Part shown: positions 1 to 9,965 of the stretch, in pieces
How the letters are laid out: the number at the start of each line of letters is the position of its first letter
Position numbering within the stretch: the first letter of the stretch is position 1
From: Gammaproteobacteria bacterium
GTDB lineage: Bacteria; Pseudomonadota; Gammaproteobacteria; Eutrophobiales; Eutrophobiaceae
Assembly (NCBI GenBank): GCA_965222155.1
Contig: CBDCTH010000004.1
Coordinates: 96,001 to 160,000, forward strand
DNA: 64,000 nucleotides
Direction of reading: 5' to 3'
The notes under the pieces: model-generated
Told to the model about the DNA's origin: nothing
The model's input: the letters and a program-made list of their open reading frames with translations, nothing else
The model's database searches: none
Translations under genes and position numbers: made by a program

Positions 1-1068
1 AGGTCGCATACCCAGGGTGAACCCGGTGGTGGCGTACCACGCCATGCATTTAAGCTTGATTCAACTTGTTCGCAAACCCCGTCCAGATTCGAAATCGACT
101 TCGTCATCGATGACGTAAGATACCATTATGGATTTGAAACAACGGATGAAGTTTTTGCTGCGGAGTGGCTGTACACTTTTCCCAAATCACATCGCAGAAA
201 GATGTTCGAGCGCGACAACAGCGAATTTGAATTTGGACGCTGGTTGAGAGGGCAGAACAATAATATTGCTGGATTGACTAGACCCAATAGCCTATTTTTA
301 TCAGCTGCCGCACAGAATGGTCATGAGCAGTTATCAAAAATATACGAATATTTTAGGTCAATTAAGTTTGCTAGTACGATTTCAATACCAGGTATAGAGG
401 CTTCAGCGCGATTTGTAGGAGATGACCCAGATTCACGGGTGATCGATTTCTTAGCATCGATCAATACTGGGGTTATTGGTTACCAAAAAAGGACAGATGA
501 AATTTCGGAAAAAGATCGAGCAATACGTCGAGAGCTAATCGCTATAGTTGAAAAGTTTTCAGATGGTCCTATAAAATTTGAACCCGACGAGGATGATAAG
601 CATGTTGCTATTGAACTGGCTCATCGTGGTCGGCAGGGAGAGTCGGTTTATCTTGACTTAGATTCGGAAAGCGCTGGTACACGGCGGTTATTGATAGTGC
701 TTGGCCTGGTATACCAAGCATTGGATAAGGGTGTCCCGCTATGCGTAGACGAAGTGGATGCCAGTCTGCATACCCATGCTAGTGAAGCGATATTGAAGTT
801 ATTCTGCCTACCAGAGATAAATCAAAGCGGTGCGCAGCTTATTGCTACAACTCACGATACTAACTTAATGAAATCGTCAGTATTGAGACGCGATCAACTT
901 TGGTTTACTGAAAAGACCTCGGAGGGAGCTACGGAGCTTTATCCGCTAACGGATATTCGAACGCGCAAGGGCGACAATATTGAATTAGGGTATTTGCAAG
1001 GCCGATTTGGAGCGCTTCCAAGTGACGACATAACATTGGAGCAGGCATCCAGGGTCAGACCAGCATAA
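1..1068 (+). CDS. AAA_21/RloA-like ABC-type ATPase, 5' truncated by the window edge
   Basis: Frame is open from base 1. Motifs RYHYGF, ESAGTRRL, Walker B VDEVDASLH, QLIATTHD, LRRDQLWF, YLQGRFGALP. The last codons are supplied by the MITE at 1046. Confidence 0.85.
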   Translation, partial: RSHTQGEPGGGVPRHAFKLDSTCSQTPSRFEIDFVIDDVRYHYGFETTDEVFAAEWLYTFPKSHRRKMFERDNSEFEFGRWLRGQNNNIAGLTRPNSLFLSAAAQNGHEQLSKIYEYFRSIKFASTISIPGIEASARFVGDDPDSRVIDFLASINTGVIGYQKRTDEISEKDRAIRRELIAIVEKFSDGPIKFEPDEDDKHVAIELAHRGRQGESVYLDLDSESAGTRRLLIVLGLVYQALDKGVPLCVDEVDASLHTHASEAILKLFCLPEINQSGAQLIATTHDTNLMKSSVLRRDQLWFTEKTSEGATELYPLTDIRTRKGDNIELGYLQGRFGALPSDDITLEQASRVRPA

Positions 1069-1298
1069 AAAGCGCTGAAGTATAACTGTTTGATTTTAAT
1101 TGATAATCCGTCTGTACATGACCTTTTCCAATCGTTAGAACACGCGTTTTATTACGAAAAAAGACACTGTAAGAAATGTCACTTGCTTAACATGATATTT
1201 TCCGCCGTGAAAACCCTGTTCTAATCCTTAAAACAGCGCGCTATTGAGAATTTTATCCTCTATAATCATAGAGTTATATTGGTCCGACCCCCTCGTAT
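1046..1298. mobile_element. ~250-bp non-coding MITE/REPIN-like element, copy 1
   Basis: Near-identical to 13545-13789 and 20105-20359. Imperfect terminal inverted repeats GGGTCAGACCAG(C/T)ATAA / TTATATTGGTCCGACCC. Confidence 0.85.
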
Positions 1299-1460
1299 GC
1301 CGGTGCAGTTTTCGTCGATCAGATCGCGGTATTGCTGATTGGCCGCCGTAGTGACTGCGTAAAACTTGCGAGCGGGGCGAGTGTGGGTATAGTCGGCGAA
1401 GAGCCGGTCGTGGAATTGAGCTTCTCGTTGCAGGCGGGTATCTTTATCAAAATCAATCAC
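1299..1460 (-). pseudogene. N-terminal gene fragment (possibly a SAM-dependent methyltransferase) cut off by the MITE
   Basis: Start overlaps the stop of the upstream gene. REAQFHD...RKFY N-terminus runs into the MITE. Confidence 0.4.
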
Positions 1461-2229
1461 CGGGTTCTCTATCAGAATCAGGCGCTACATAGATGTTTTG
1501 TTTTTGGAGGACTTTTATGATTGTCTGCTGGTAATCTTTTGATGAACTGAGTTTTGGGTCTTGAAAAGCTAATAAACCAGCTTCTACGTCTTTATTCCGC
1601 AAGCCAGGTAATACGCCGGATATGGCCAAAGTGCGTGGCTCAGGATGTTGTAATGCCAGAAAGGTTACCGTTATTAATTCATTGCGGTTTTTATTTTGAT
1701 TAACCTGCCAATGTTCTGCTACACCTAATTCGCGATATTGGGCCTGCTTACCTTTATCGATGGATGTAATCCCGACTTCTACTACCAGATCCGGGGCGTG
1801 GTTAAGAACAAAGTTATCGCCAGCCTGTACACTATGCGCTCTAGCAAGTCGATACGCGCGGGCTTTTGGCCCGAGGTAATAACAGCAATCAGGTTCCAGG
1901 CCCGTATTCTCTGGATCGTTTGAACGGCGCCATCGATTTGCACGCAAAGCACTTCTTGATATAGAAAATTCGTCTACTACGGCTTTGATAAGGGTATCTA
2001 TGTCTTCTGCGAGTTGTTCGTGTGTTGCGCTGGGTGACATCAACATAACCAGGCCACGTACTGGATCTAATATTACCCGTCGAAAGACCTTCTCAAGCGG
2101 TAAACGAGCCAGGTTTAGCACCAGATCTTTATTCGCCAGGAAAGCGACGTACTCAGAATCCAACGAGTTTTTTCTGTGGACAAGTTCTGCTAAGTCGTCA
2201 ACATTAATGGTTGTAGTTGTTAAATTCAT
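1453..2229 (-). CDS. Uma2/DUF820 family putative restriction-like endonuclease
   Basis: MSPSATHE, GLEPDCCYY, PDLVVEVGITS, YRELGVAEHW. Confidence 0.85.
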   Translation of the reverse strand: MNLTTTTINVDDLAELVHRKNSLDSEYVAFLANKDLVLNLARLPLEKVFRRVILDPVRGLVMLMSPSATHEQLAEDIDTLIKAVVDEFSISRSALRANRWRRSNDPENTGLEPDCCYYLGPKARAYRLARAHSVQAGDNFVLNHAPDLVVEVGITSIDKGKQAQYRELGVAEHWQVNQNKNRNELITVTFLALQHPEPRTLAISGVLPGLRNKDVEAGLLAFQDPKLSSSKDYQQTIIKVLQKQNIYVAPDSDREPGD

Positions 2230-2261
2230 GGTGGTAATTCCTTAGTTGTAATGTGTACATC

Positions 2262-2807
2262 TTATTTGATGTAATTGTATAAAGTTGCCCTGGAGATTTT
2301 ATAACGTTCTGTAATGGTTTTGATGGGGATGGCCGGGTTCTGTTTTAAAGTTTTGATCTCAGTGATTTGCGCGGGAGTCAGGGCTTGTGGTCTGCCGCCG
2401 CCGCGGCCGCGCGCGCGGGCTGCTTTGAGGCCGGCCAGGGTGCGTTCGCGGATCAGTTCACGTTCGTATTCTGCCAGCGCGTCGACGACGTGGAACATGA
2501 GTTTGCCGGCAGGCGTGGTGGTATCGATATTTTCTTTCAGGATTTTGAAATGGATGGCTCTGTTTTCAAGATCCTGGAGTATTTTGATGAGGTGGCTGAG
2601 ACTGCGATCTAACCGGTCCAGGTGCCAGACGATGAGGATATCGGCGGCTCTGAGTACTTTCAGACACTGGTTAAGTTGCGGCCGATCGCGGTCTTTCCCA
2701 CTGGTAACATCCGTGTAGATCTGTTCGCACTGGGCGTTTTGCAGGGCGTCATGCTGTAATGCCAGGGATTGATCACCGGTGGATACCCGCGCATAACCTA
2801 TTTTCAT
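2262..2807 (-). CDS. Serine recombinase (resolvase/invertase)
   Basis: MKIGYARVSTGDQ, RPQL, LDRL.RS, ERELIRERT, C-terminal HTH ISRATLYNY. True start is the ATG at 2807. Confidence 0.92.
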   Translation of the reverse strand: MKIGYARVSTGDQSLALQHDALQNAQCEQIYTDVTSGKDRDRPQLNQCLKVLRAADILIVWHLDRLDRSLSHLIKILQDLENRAIHFKILKENIDTTTPAGKLMFHVVDALAEYERELIRERTLAGLKAARARGRGGGRPQALTPAQITEIKTLKQNPAIPIKTITERYKISRATLYNYIK

Positions 2808-2920
2808 TTTCTGCCCGTTTTTTGTACGTTGATAAATATACGGGTTGTTAGACAAATGATCAAGCAACATCAGTATTTTCCAATATGAAATGAGCCTGAC
2901 ATAATCTGTGTTTCTGCTCA

Positions 2921-4192
2921 TTGCGCCCATCCCCCTGCTCAACTCCATACAGAGCCTGCCCCCCTGCTTACAACCGCAGGGGCAGGCTCTGTATGGAGTT
3001 GAGCAGGGGGGTGGCCTTTGAGGTAGCCGGTGACAAACAGAGACGTTATGACTGGCTACGTCGGACACTGGTTAAATTCAACTATTCAGGCTGTGGTAAA
3101 GCGGACAAGGGGGTGCTGATACGTTACCTGATGAAGGTCAGCGGGTATTCCCGATCGCAAGTGAAGCGGCTGATTAAACACTACCGGGAGACCGGGCGGC
3201 TGGTGCCTCGGCAACGCACGATACGCGGCTTTGCCCGGCGCTATAGCAAGGCGGACATTCGCCTGCTGGCGGCCATGGACGAACGCCACAACACCCCCAA
3301 CGGGCTGACCTTGAAGAAGCTCTGTGAGCGCGCCTATGAGGTCTTCGGTCAGGCCGAGTATGCGCGCCTGGCCGGTATCTCGGTGTCCCACCTGTACAAC
3401 CTGCGCCAATCGCAGACCTACCGGCGTCAGCGGCACACGGTGGAGAAGACCCGTCCGGTCAACCGTGACATCGGCGAACGACGTAAGCCGCAGAGTGACG
3501 GTCAGCCGGGCACTATCCGTATCGATACCGTGCACCAGGGCGATGTAGACGGGGAAAAAGGCGTCTATCATATCAATGCGGTGGATGAGGTGACCCGGTT
3601 CGAGGTCGTGGTCAGTGTCGAGCGCATCAGCGAGGTGTATCTCATCCCGGCCCTGGAACACCTGCTGGAGGCCTTTCCGTTCGTGGTCCTGGGATTCCAT
3701 ACCGACAACGGCTCGGAATATATCAACCACCGGGTCGCCCGGCTGCTGGAGAAACTGCGCATCGAGTTCACCAAGTCCCGCGCCCGGCACAGCAACGACA
3801 ACGCCCTGGTGGAATGCAAGAACGGCCATGTCGTGCGCAAGCTCCTCGGCCATGCCCACATCCCGCAGCGCTGGGCCGGCCTGCTCAATGCCTTCCATCG
3901 CCAGCACCTCAATCCGTACGTCAACGACCACCGGCCCTGCCTGTTCCCGGTCACGGTCACCGATAAGACCGGGAAACAACGAAAATGCTATCCCTACGCG
4001 TCCCTGATGACCCCGTATGAGAAACTCAAATCCCTTACCGATGCAAAGACGCACTTGAAACCGGGCGTAAGCTTTGACAGACTGGACACCATCGCTTACC
4101 GGCTCCGCGACAACGCGGACGCCGAGGCCTTGCAACAGGCGCGCCGACAACTCTTTACGACCATTGATGAACAGGAGCAGAAACGGGCTTGA
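2921..4192 (+). CDS. DDE integrase-type transposase; native 5' end replaced by a palindrome
   Basis: IDTVHQGD, HTDNGSEY, NDNALVECKNG. Confidence 0.8.
   Translation: MRPSPCSTPYRACPPAYNRRGRLCMELSRGVAFEVAGDKQRRYDWLRRTLVKFNYSGCGKADKGVLIRYLMKVSGYSRSQVKRLIKHYRETGRLVPRQRTIRGFARRYSKADIRLLAAMDERHNTPNGLTLKKLCERAYEVFGQAEYARLAGISVSHLYNLRQSQTYRRQRHTVEKTRPVNRDIGERRKPQSDGQPGTIRIDTVHQGDVDGEKGVYHINAVDEVTRFEVVVSVERISEVYLIPALEHLLEAFPFVVLGFHTDNGSEYINHRVARLLEKLRIEFTKSRARHSNDNALVECKNGHVVRKLLGHAHIPQRWAGLLNAFHRQHLNPYVNDHRPCLFPVTVTDKTGKQRKCYPYASLMTPYEKLKSLTDAKTHLKPGVSFDRLDTIAYRLRDNADAEALQQARRQLFTTIDEQEQKRA
2931..3010. repeat. Perfect 32-bp inverted repeat (nested palindromic element)
   Basis: CCCCCTGCTCAACTCCATACAGAGCCTGCCCC at 2931-2962 and its reverse complement at 2979-3010. 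Confidence 0.95.
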
Positions 4193-4244
4193 GATGGAGT
4201 CAGAATCTCTCTCTCTTCAGGCTCAGTCCGAATTGGAAAACACT

Positions 4245-4437
4245 CCAGGTGCGCGGCAGTTACTGGACCGACCCGGGTTACAAGTTGAAGTACGACAAGC
4301 TGTACATCGAAACTATGAGTCCCTGGCTGGATATCAAACTGCTCTTCCTCTCCGTCTGGGTCGCTATCAAGCGCGTGCTCAACGGTTCGGATGTCTCCGT
4401 CATCAAAGAGGGTTCCGGGGAGAATCAAGCAAAATGA
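4245..4437 (+). pseudogene. C-terminal remnant of a bacterial sugar transferase (WcaJ/WbaP-like)
   Basis: QVRGSY...KLKYDKLYIETMSPWLDIKLL begins exactly at the IS right end. Confidence 0.7.
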
Positions 4438-4598
4438 GAAGATACAGAATGGCAAGCTCGCCATACTATGCAAATGCCATTAAGCGCCGGGGAAGATCAA
4501 ACCGAATGAGAAGACGCAGGGCAGTCGGCCACTGTGCTCAATGTGCGCCATGATACTGAGCGCAAACACCACACTGAAGCAAGAGGAGAAAGACACCG

Positions 4599-5456
4599 GT
4601 GACTGAGCAGAAGCAGGACCGACAAGTCAGCGTTTCAATAGTCATCCTGACTTGGAATTCCGAGCGGCATATTATGGCCTGTCTGGCCTCCCTGGAGCAG
4701 GGCTTGCGCGCGTTCAGTTCCGAAGTCATCGTGGTTGACAACGGTTCGCGGGACTCAAGCTGCGCCGTCATCGAAAACAGCTGGCCCGGCGTGCGCCTGG
4801 TGCGTAACGCTGAAAACCGCGGCGTTGCCGCGGCCCGTAACCAGGGTATCCGCCTGGCCGGGGGGGACTATGTACTGGTCCTGGATGATGATACGGTCGT
4901 GCAGGCCGGTGCGCTTGACTGCCTGGCGCGTTATATGGAGGGCCGGCCCGAGGTCGGGCTGTGCGGGCCGAGACTGACCGGCGCCGACGGGGCATTGCAG
5001 TTGTCATGCCGGCAGTTTCCAACCTTGACGGATAAATTAGCCCGGCGTCTGCCCCCCTTCGCGGGCAGGAGGATGACTCAAACGGTAGAAATGGCGGACT
5101 GGGACCACCAGACGGTGCGCGCGGTGGATTACGTGATTGGCGCCTGCCAGATGATACGCCGGCGCGCCTTGCAGGAAGTGGGTCTGTTTGATGAACGCAT
5201 CTTTTACGGCCCGGAGGATATCGACATGTGCCTGCGGCTGCGACAGGCCGGCTGGCAGGTCGTGTACCACCCCGAGGCTGTGGTTATGCACAATGAGCGC
5301 CGGCTGACCCGATCGCTACGCTCCGGCCTGACCTGGAAACACCTGTGGGGACTCGGCTATTTTTTCCGTAAGCATGGCTACCTGCTGTCCCGCCGGCGGT
5401 TGTACGCGCAACTCCCCGAAGTCATGCGCCGGTCCGGCCCGGAGGTGGCGAATTGA
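4599..5456 (+). CDS. Glycosyltransferase family 2
   Basis: SIVILTWN, VVDNGSRD, GVAAARNQG, LDDD, EDIDMCLRL. Confidence 0.92.
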   Translation: MTEQKQDRQVSVSIVILTWNSERHIMACLASLEQGLRAFSSEVIVVDNGSRDSSCAVIENSWPGVRLVRNAENRGVAAARNQGIRLAGGDYVLVLDDDTVVQAGALDCLARYMEGRPEVGLCGPRLTGADGALQLSCRQFPTLTDKLARRLPPFAGRRMTQTVEMADWDHQTVRAVDYVIGACQMIRRRALQEVGLFDERIFYGPEDIDMCLRLRQAGWQVVYHPEAVVMHNERRLTRSLRSGLTWKHLWGLGYFFRKHGYLLSRRRLYAQLPEVMRRSGPEVAN

Positions 5457-5495
5457 ATCTGCCCGGTCACGCGACAAAGTTAACGGCATATTGTT

Positions 5496-6248
5496 ATGGA
5501 TAAAGTATCCGTTGTCATACCTAGCTACAACTCCTCAGCGTACATCACGCGCGCCGTAGAATCTGCCCTGAACCAGACTTACGATAACCTGGAAGTGATC
5601 GTTTCCGATGACGCCTCCACCGACGACACCTGTGCCCTGGTGCGCAAGACAGACGACCCACGCGTCCGGTTGCTGGAACATACGGAGAAAAGCAGCGCCG
5701 CCTCCGTGCGGAATTCAGCCATAGACGCGGCGACCGGGCGCTATATCGCGTTTCTCGATTCAGACGATTACTGGTTGCCCGATAAACTGACTGTACAAAT
5801 CAGCAAAATGCAGGCGGCTTCAAAGAGCTTCTCCTATACCAGCTTTATAGCCAAATCGAAAACGGGGGAGGTATTGATTGACGTGCAGGAACAAGTGGAT
5901 TACAAGACCCTGTTGAAAGGAAATATAATCGGCGCCTCAACAGTCGTTTATGATGCCGGCGCGCTGGGCAAGATGTACATGCCGTTGTTGCCCATGACGG
6001 AAGATTACGCGACCTGGCTGAACATACTGAGGCAGTGCGGTTCAGGGCTGGGGATATGCGAACCGCTGACGTATTATACGATACGCAGCGGTTCACTGTC
6101 TTCGCGGTTTGTGGTGGCTGTGTATTTCAATTACCAGATGTATAGAAAAACGCAAGGTTTGTCGCCAGCCATGGCACTGTATTACCTGTCCCGGAATTCG
6201 CTGAGGGCGCTACGGAAACGAGCGCAGTATTTGACGAGTAATTTATAA
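5496..6248 (+). CDS. Glycosyltransferase family 2 (TuaG-like)
   Basis: VSVVIPSYN, DDASTD, FLDSDD, EDYATWL. Confidence 0.92.
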   Translation: MDKVSVVIPSYNSSAYITRAVESALNQTYDNLEVIVSDDASTDDTCALVRKTDDPRVRLLEHTEKSSAASVRNSAIDAATGRYIAFLDSDDYWLPDKLTVQISKMQAASKSFSYTSFIAKSKTGEVLIDVQEQVDYKTLLKGNIIGASTVVYDAGALGKMYMPLLPMTEDYATWLNILRQCGSGLGICEPLTYYTIRSGSLSSRFVVAVYFNYQMYRKTQGLSPAMALYYLSRNSLRALRKRAQYLTSNL

Positions 6249-6345
6249 ATGTTACGTCGGACGGGCTTCCCCGAATGACGCGCCGGGTTTCCGGTCTCGA
6301 TTCCGTGGCGCGCACTGAGCGATGATGTAACGGCATACCAGCAAA

Positions 6346-7533
6346 ATGTTAAACGTCCTCCACGTTACGGCCAGCATGTCGCCCACCTGGACCGGGCCTG
6401 CCTTTGCCGTGGCGGAACTCACTTCGGAGCTGTCCCGGCAAGGCGTGGGCTGCGAGATTGTCACGACCCGTGGCTACCGGGTGGGCAGCAACCCCATGTC
6501 CCCTCCCGGCGTGCCCGTGCACAGTTTCGACGCGGGGCTGCCGGCGCGCCTCTGGACCGCTTATGCGAAGGAATTGTCCCGCTTTATCGATGACAGGGCG
6601 GCCGACTATGACCTCATCCACGTCCACGAGGTATGGCATTACCCCGGCTACGTCGCTTTGCGCGCCGCCGCAAGACATCAACTCCCCTGCGTGCTGAGCC
6701 TCCACGGCGGACTCAGCCAGTGGGGCCTGCGGCAGAAGGCGCTGAAGAAACGCATCTACCGGTTTGTCCTGCAGGACCGGATGTTGCGCAATGCCGGTGT
6801 GTTGCATGCGATTACCCGCGCCGAACGGGAACAGCTCGCCCGGTTGGGCTTCGCAACCCCGACGGTGGTCATCCCGAACGGGGTAGTACCCGCCTCGTTC
6901 GAGGCGTTGCCGGAACCGGCTGCGCTGACGCGGCGCTTTCCGCCTTTGGCGGGAAAACGCGTTGTCCTGTTTTTGGGCCGGCTGCATCCTGTCAAGGGCC
7001 TGGACGTGCTGGTGCGCAGTTTCGCCACCATTGCCCGGCGTTTTGAAGACGCCGCGTTACTGCTCGCGGGGCCGGACAAGTTCGGAACCCGGCAATACCT
7101 GGAATCTGTCCTGCGTGAACTCGGCCTGCTGGACCGGGCAGTGTTTACCGGCATGCTGACGGGCAGGGACAAGCTGGCAGCCCTGAGTTGTGCCGAGCTC
7201 CTGGTGCTGTCGTCCCATACCGAGGCGCTGGGGATAGCCGCGCTGGAAGCGATGGCGGCGCGCCTGCCCGTGGTGGTCAGCGAAGGCTGCGGGTTCCCGG
7301 AAGTCGCCGAGCGCGGCGCCGGCCTGGTCGTGAAAACCGACGAGACGGCCATCGCCGAAGCGGTATGCAGGTTGCTGGCGGATGCCCCGCTTCGGCACCG
7401 TATGGGAGAGCAGGGGCGCAAACTGGTATGTGAAAGTTATACTTGGCAGATAACCGCGAATCAGATAACCAATCTATATAAGAGTCTTATGGCAGGCAAG
7501 CCGGTAAAAGGCAACTATGACTGTGACCCCTAA
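6346..7533 (+). CDS. Glycosyltransferase family 4
   Basis: VIPNG, FLGRLHPVKG, EALGIAALEAMA. Confidence 0.92.
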   Translation: MLNVLHVTASMSPTWTGPAFAVAELTSELSRQGVGCEIVTTRGYRVGSNPMSPPGVPVHSFDAGLPARLWTAYAKELSRFIDDRAADYDLIHVHEVWHYPGYVALRAAARHQLPCVLSLHGGLSQWGLRQKALKKRIYRFVLQDRMLRNAGVLHAITRAEREQLARLGFATPTVVIPNGVVPASFEALPEPAALTRRFPPLAGKRVVLFLGRLHPVKGLDVLVRSFATIARRFEDAALLLAGPDKFGTRQYLESVLRELGLLDRAVFTGMLTGRDKLAALSCAELLVLSSHTEALGIAALEAMAARLPVVVSEGCGFPEVAERGAGLVVKTDETAIAEAVCRLLADAPLRHRMGEQGRKLVCESYTWQITANQITNLYKSLMAGKPVKGNYDCDP

Positions 7534-7586
7534 TCCCGCATTAGAGATTTGAAACGGTCATTCAAGGCGCATTCTGTCTGTTTGCC

Positions 7587-7615
7587 AAATCAATCGAGTC
7601 TGACCCCATTGATTT
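7587..7615. repeat. REP-like hairpin (GGGGTCAGA class)
   Basis: AAATCAAT-CGAGTCTGACCCC-ATTGATTT. Confidence 0.55.
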
Positions 7616-7992
7616 CGGCCGCAGCAACTCAGCCACACACACCAAGCCGCCGCGCCCGGTCAATAAATCGTTGGTATTTGCGATTCTGTACGGTACGATT
7701 TGCATAAGCCTTGTCTGTTGCACCCAGCGGGTGATAGTCATTGATCGTACAACCTATTATACAGGCAAGGCTTTTTTGATTCCTGCACTTTCTAATGCGG
7801 GATTAGGGGGATGGATAGGTATTGACTTATGGAGCGAGTTGTGCATTAGTTATTATTGGTGATCTTTATTGTAATCCCTGGCGTTGGTATGCAGATCTCC
7901 AGTGAGACATCTGTTCAAATCGCGGCTTCAATTCGGTCAGGATATGGACATTTAGTACGTGATTTATCAATAGGACCTGAGGTAAACGAATA

Positions 7993-8175
7993 ATGAGATT
8001 CATTCATGCCGTCGATATCCACCTCGGCAGAGCCCTGCACGTCCTCGAGAGTGCTCCCGTTGAAGAAATCCGCGGCGCAACTCGCCGATCTTTCGACAAC
8101 CTGAACGAGCTTGCGGTTAGTGATGTGGAGATGGCGCAAACGGATATCGTAGGGATTTCGGCTATTACGCCTTAA
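7993..8175 (+). pseudogene. N-terminal fragment of a YhaO/SbcD-like metallophosphoesterase
   Basis: MRFIHAVDIHLG...APVEEIRGATRRSFDNL, then stops. Confidence 0.7.
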
Positions 8176-8321
8176 ATCGCCCTGTTGGCCGAGAGAAGCC
8201 GTCTGCGTCTCGGGCGTGAGGTGGGAGTGTGGATTTAAACCGTGCTAGTCTTGCCGGGTATTGATGACGTTACATACCCTTCTGACGGAGTTGAAACGGT
8301 AGCGAGTAGACTGGAGGTTTC

Positions 8322-8918
8322 TTGATGCCCCAACTACCCCATTGGCTGGAACAGTTACGCCGCACCGAAATCATACAGCGCGTAAAGAACGATCCTCGTT
8401 CCGGGCCAGAACAATACCTTGGAGTCAGTAGCTCGGATGCGACGCACGAAGTTGCCGGGTGGGGTCAGGCGGACTTCGACAAACCTTGGCGTCATCTGTC
8501 GCCTGATGACCGTGTCCTTCTTTACGCTTACTTCTTTCAGCTTGGGCACTTGGAAGAACTTGTCGAGGCGTTTGGTATGCTCTTTGCCAAAACCCGTCCT
8601 GCGGAACAACCCATTGTCGTCGATTTAGGTTGTGGACCGTTCACAGGCGGACTTGCTTTTGCCAGCGCACTTGGCTCCGAACAGCAATTTGATTATATCG
8701 GCGTGGACCGATCTGAGGCTATGCGCAGACTAGGCGAACGGCTCGCAATCGCCGCCGAACATCACAATACAGCACTTCAAATTGGTCGCCAATGGGCATC
8801 CGACATCTCCTCGATTTCCTGGCATCAACCACTGACTTGGCATCCGGTATTTGTCATTGTGTCGTACCTTCTGGCTAGCCCGACGGTGGACGTGGTGGGC
8901 ACCACGTATAGTAGCTAG
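8322..8918 (+). CDS. Class I SAM-dependent methyltransferase-like protein, probably 3' truncated
   Basis: VVDLGCGPFTGG, YIGVDRSEAM. Confidence 0.65.
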   Translation: MMPQLPHWLEQLRRTEIIQRVKNDPRSGPEQYLGVSSSDATHEVAGWGQADFDKPWRHLSPDDRVLLYAYFFQLGHLEELVEAFGMLFAKTRPAEQPIVVDLGCGPFTGGLAFASALGSEQQFDYIGVDRSEAMRRLGERLAIAAEHHNTALQIGRQWASDISSISWHQPLTWHPVFVIVSYLLASPTVDVVGTTYSS

Positions 8919-9110
8919 AATCGAGGACTTCGATCACATACGCAACGCCATGAGAAATCATTGATAACGATGGTGAACACAATAACGGATTGGGATACCT
9001 GATAAGAATTGCAAGCGCCAACCTGTTCGGGTTATGATCACACGAAGCCGTCAAGATAGATACAATTATAGTGGACAGATGATATTGTATGGAATAATGA
9101 GCTTACGATC

Positions 9111-9965
9111 ATAAAAACGGTTGCAACAATCAATTTCAAAGGCGGCGTGGGCAAAACAACTGTTACTTGGTGTTTGGGAGACGTGCTTTCAACCTTTGGT
9201 AATTCTAATGTTCTTCTTTTTGACCTTGATGCTCAGATGTCGCTCACCCAGGCTATTGCTCTGGATGCTGATGGGTCCTCGTCAGGGAAATTTGATCAAT
9301 GGTATGAAAAGAGTATCAACAATCAAAGAAATATTTTCTCCGTTCTTCGCCGGCATTTGGAAGACGACCTGACGAAATTCGAACCTGATAACGGATTTGT
9401 CTACAGGTTAAAGAAAAACTATCACTTCGTTCCGTCAACCGAGCAATTGTATTGGCTTGAACTTGAAACCCCGGACCCTGGCAAAGGAAAGTTTTTCGTC
9501 AAAAACCTTCTGGGCCGAATCCAGAACTCCGGTAGTCTGCCGGAATATGACTACGTTCTATTTGATTGTCCGCCGTCATTTACGCTTCTGTCGTACAGCG
9601 TTCTTACGTGTTGCGACCTCATTCTTATTCCATTTAATCCGGATTTCTTTGCTGCTCGTGGTATCGGTTTGCTGATTGCCGGTTTGCGTCATCGAATACA
9701 ACCACACCCATTACCGCGGCTCGGAGTATTCGCAAATCGAGTGCGAACATACCGCCAACCTACAAGACTTGCGCGAGCTTGGATTAACGATGTTAAGGAA
9801 GCATGTAGACAGGCCAGTGATCAAAATAATCTTGATATCCGCTTTATGGATACTTGGATTCCTGACCGTACTTCGCTACGCGATGCCATAACGAATCGTA
9901 TGACGCCCACCGAACTTGTTCATGAGTTCAGGTCGCTCTGGTCCGAAGCGGAGAATATGCTATGA
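9111..9965 (+). CDS. ParA/Soj family ATPase; the natural start codon appears to be ATA at 9111
   Basis: In-frame IKTVATINFKGGVGKTT, DLDAQMSLT, FDCPPS. Confidence 0.85.
   Translation: MKTVATINFKGGVGKTTVTWCLGDVLSTFGNSNVLLFDLDAQMSLTQAIALDADGSSSGKFDQWYEKSINNQRNIFSVLRRHLEDDLTKFEPDNGFVYRLKKNYHFVPSTEQLYWLELETPDPGKGKFFVKNLLGRIQNSGSLPEYDYVLFDCPPSFTLLSYSVLTCCDLILIPFNPDFFAARGIGLLIAGLRHRIQPHPLPRLGVFANRVRTYRQPTRLARAWINDVKEACRQASDQNNLDIRFMDTWIPDRTSLRDAITNRMTPTELVHEFRSLWSEAENML

Larger units (their letters stand above)
2872..4244 (+). mobile_element. IS element (ISNCY-like, rve/DDE transposase)
   Basis: Terminal inverted repeats AGTATTTTCCAATATGAAATGAGCCTGA / TCAGGCTCAGTCCGAATTGGAAAACACT. Confidence 0.8.

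Noticed and set aside
2808-3068. N-terminal extension of the resolvase ORF
   Set aside because: It is read-through across the palindrome and IS end; the family starts at MKIGYARVS.
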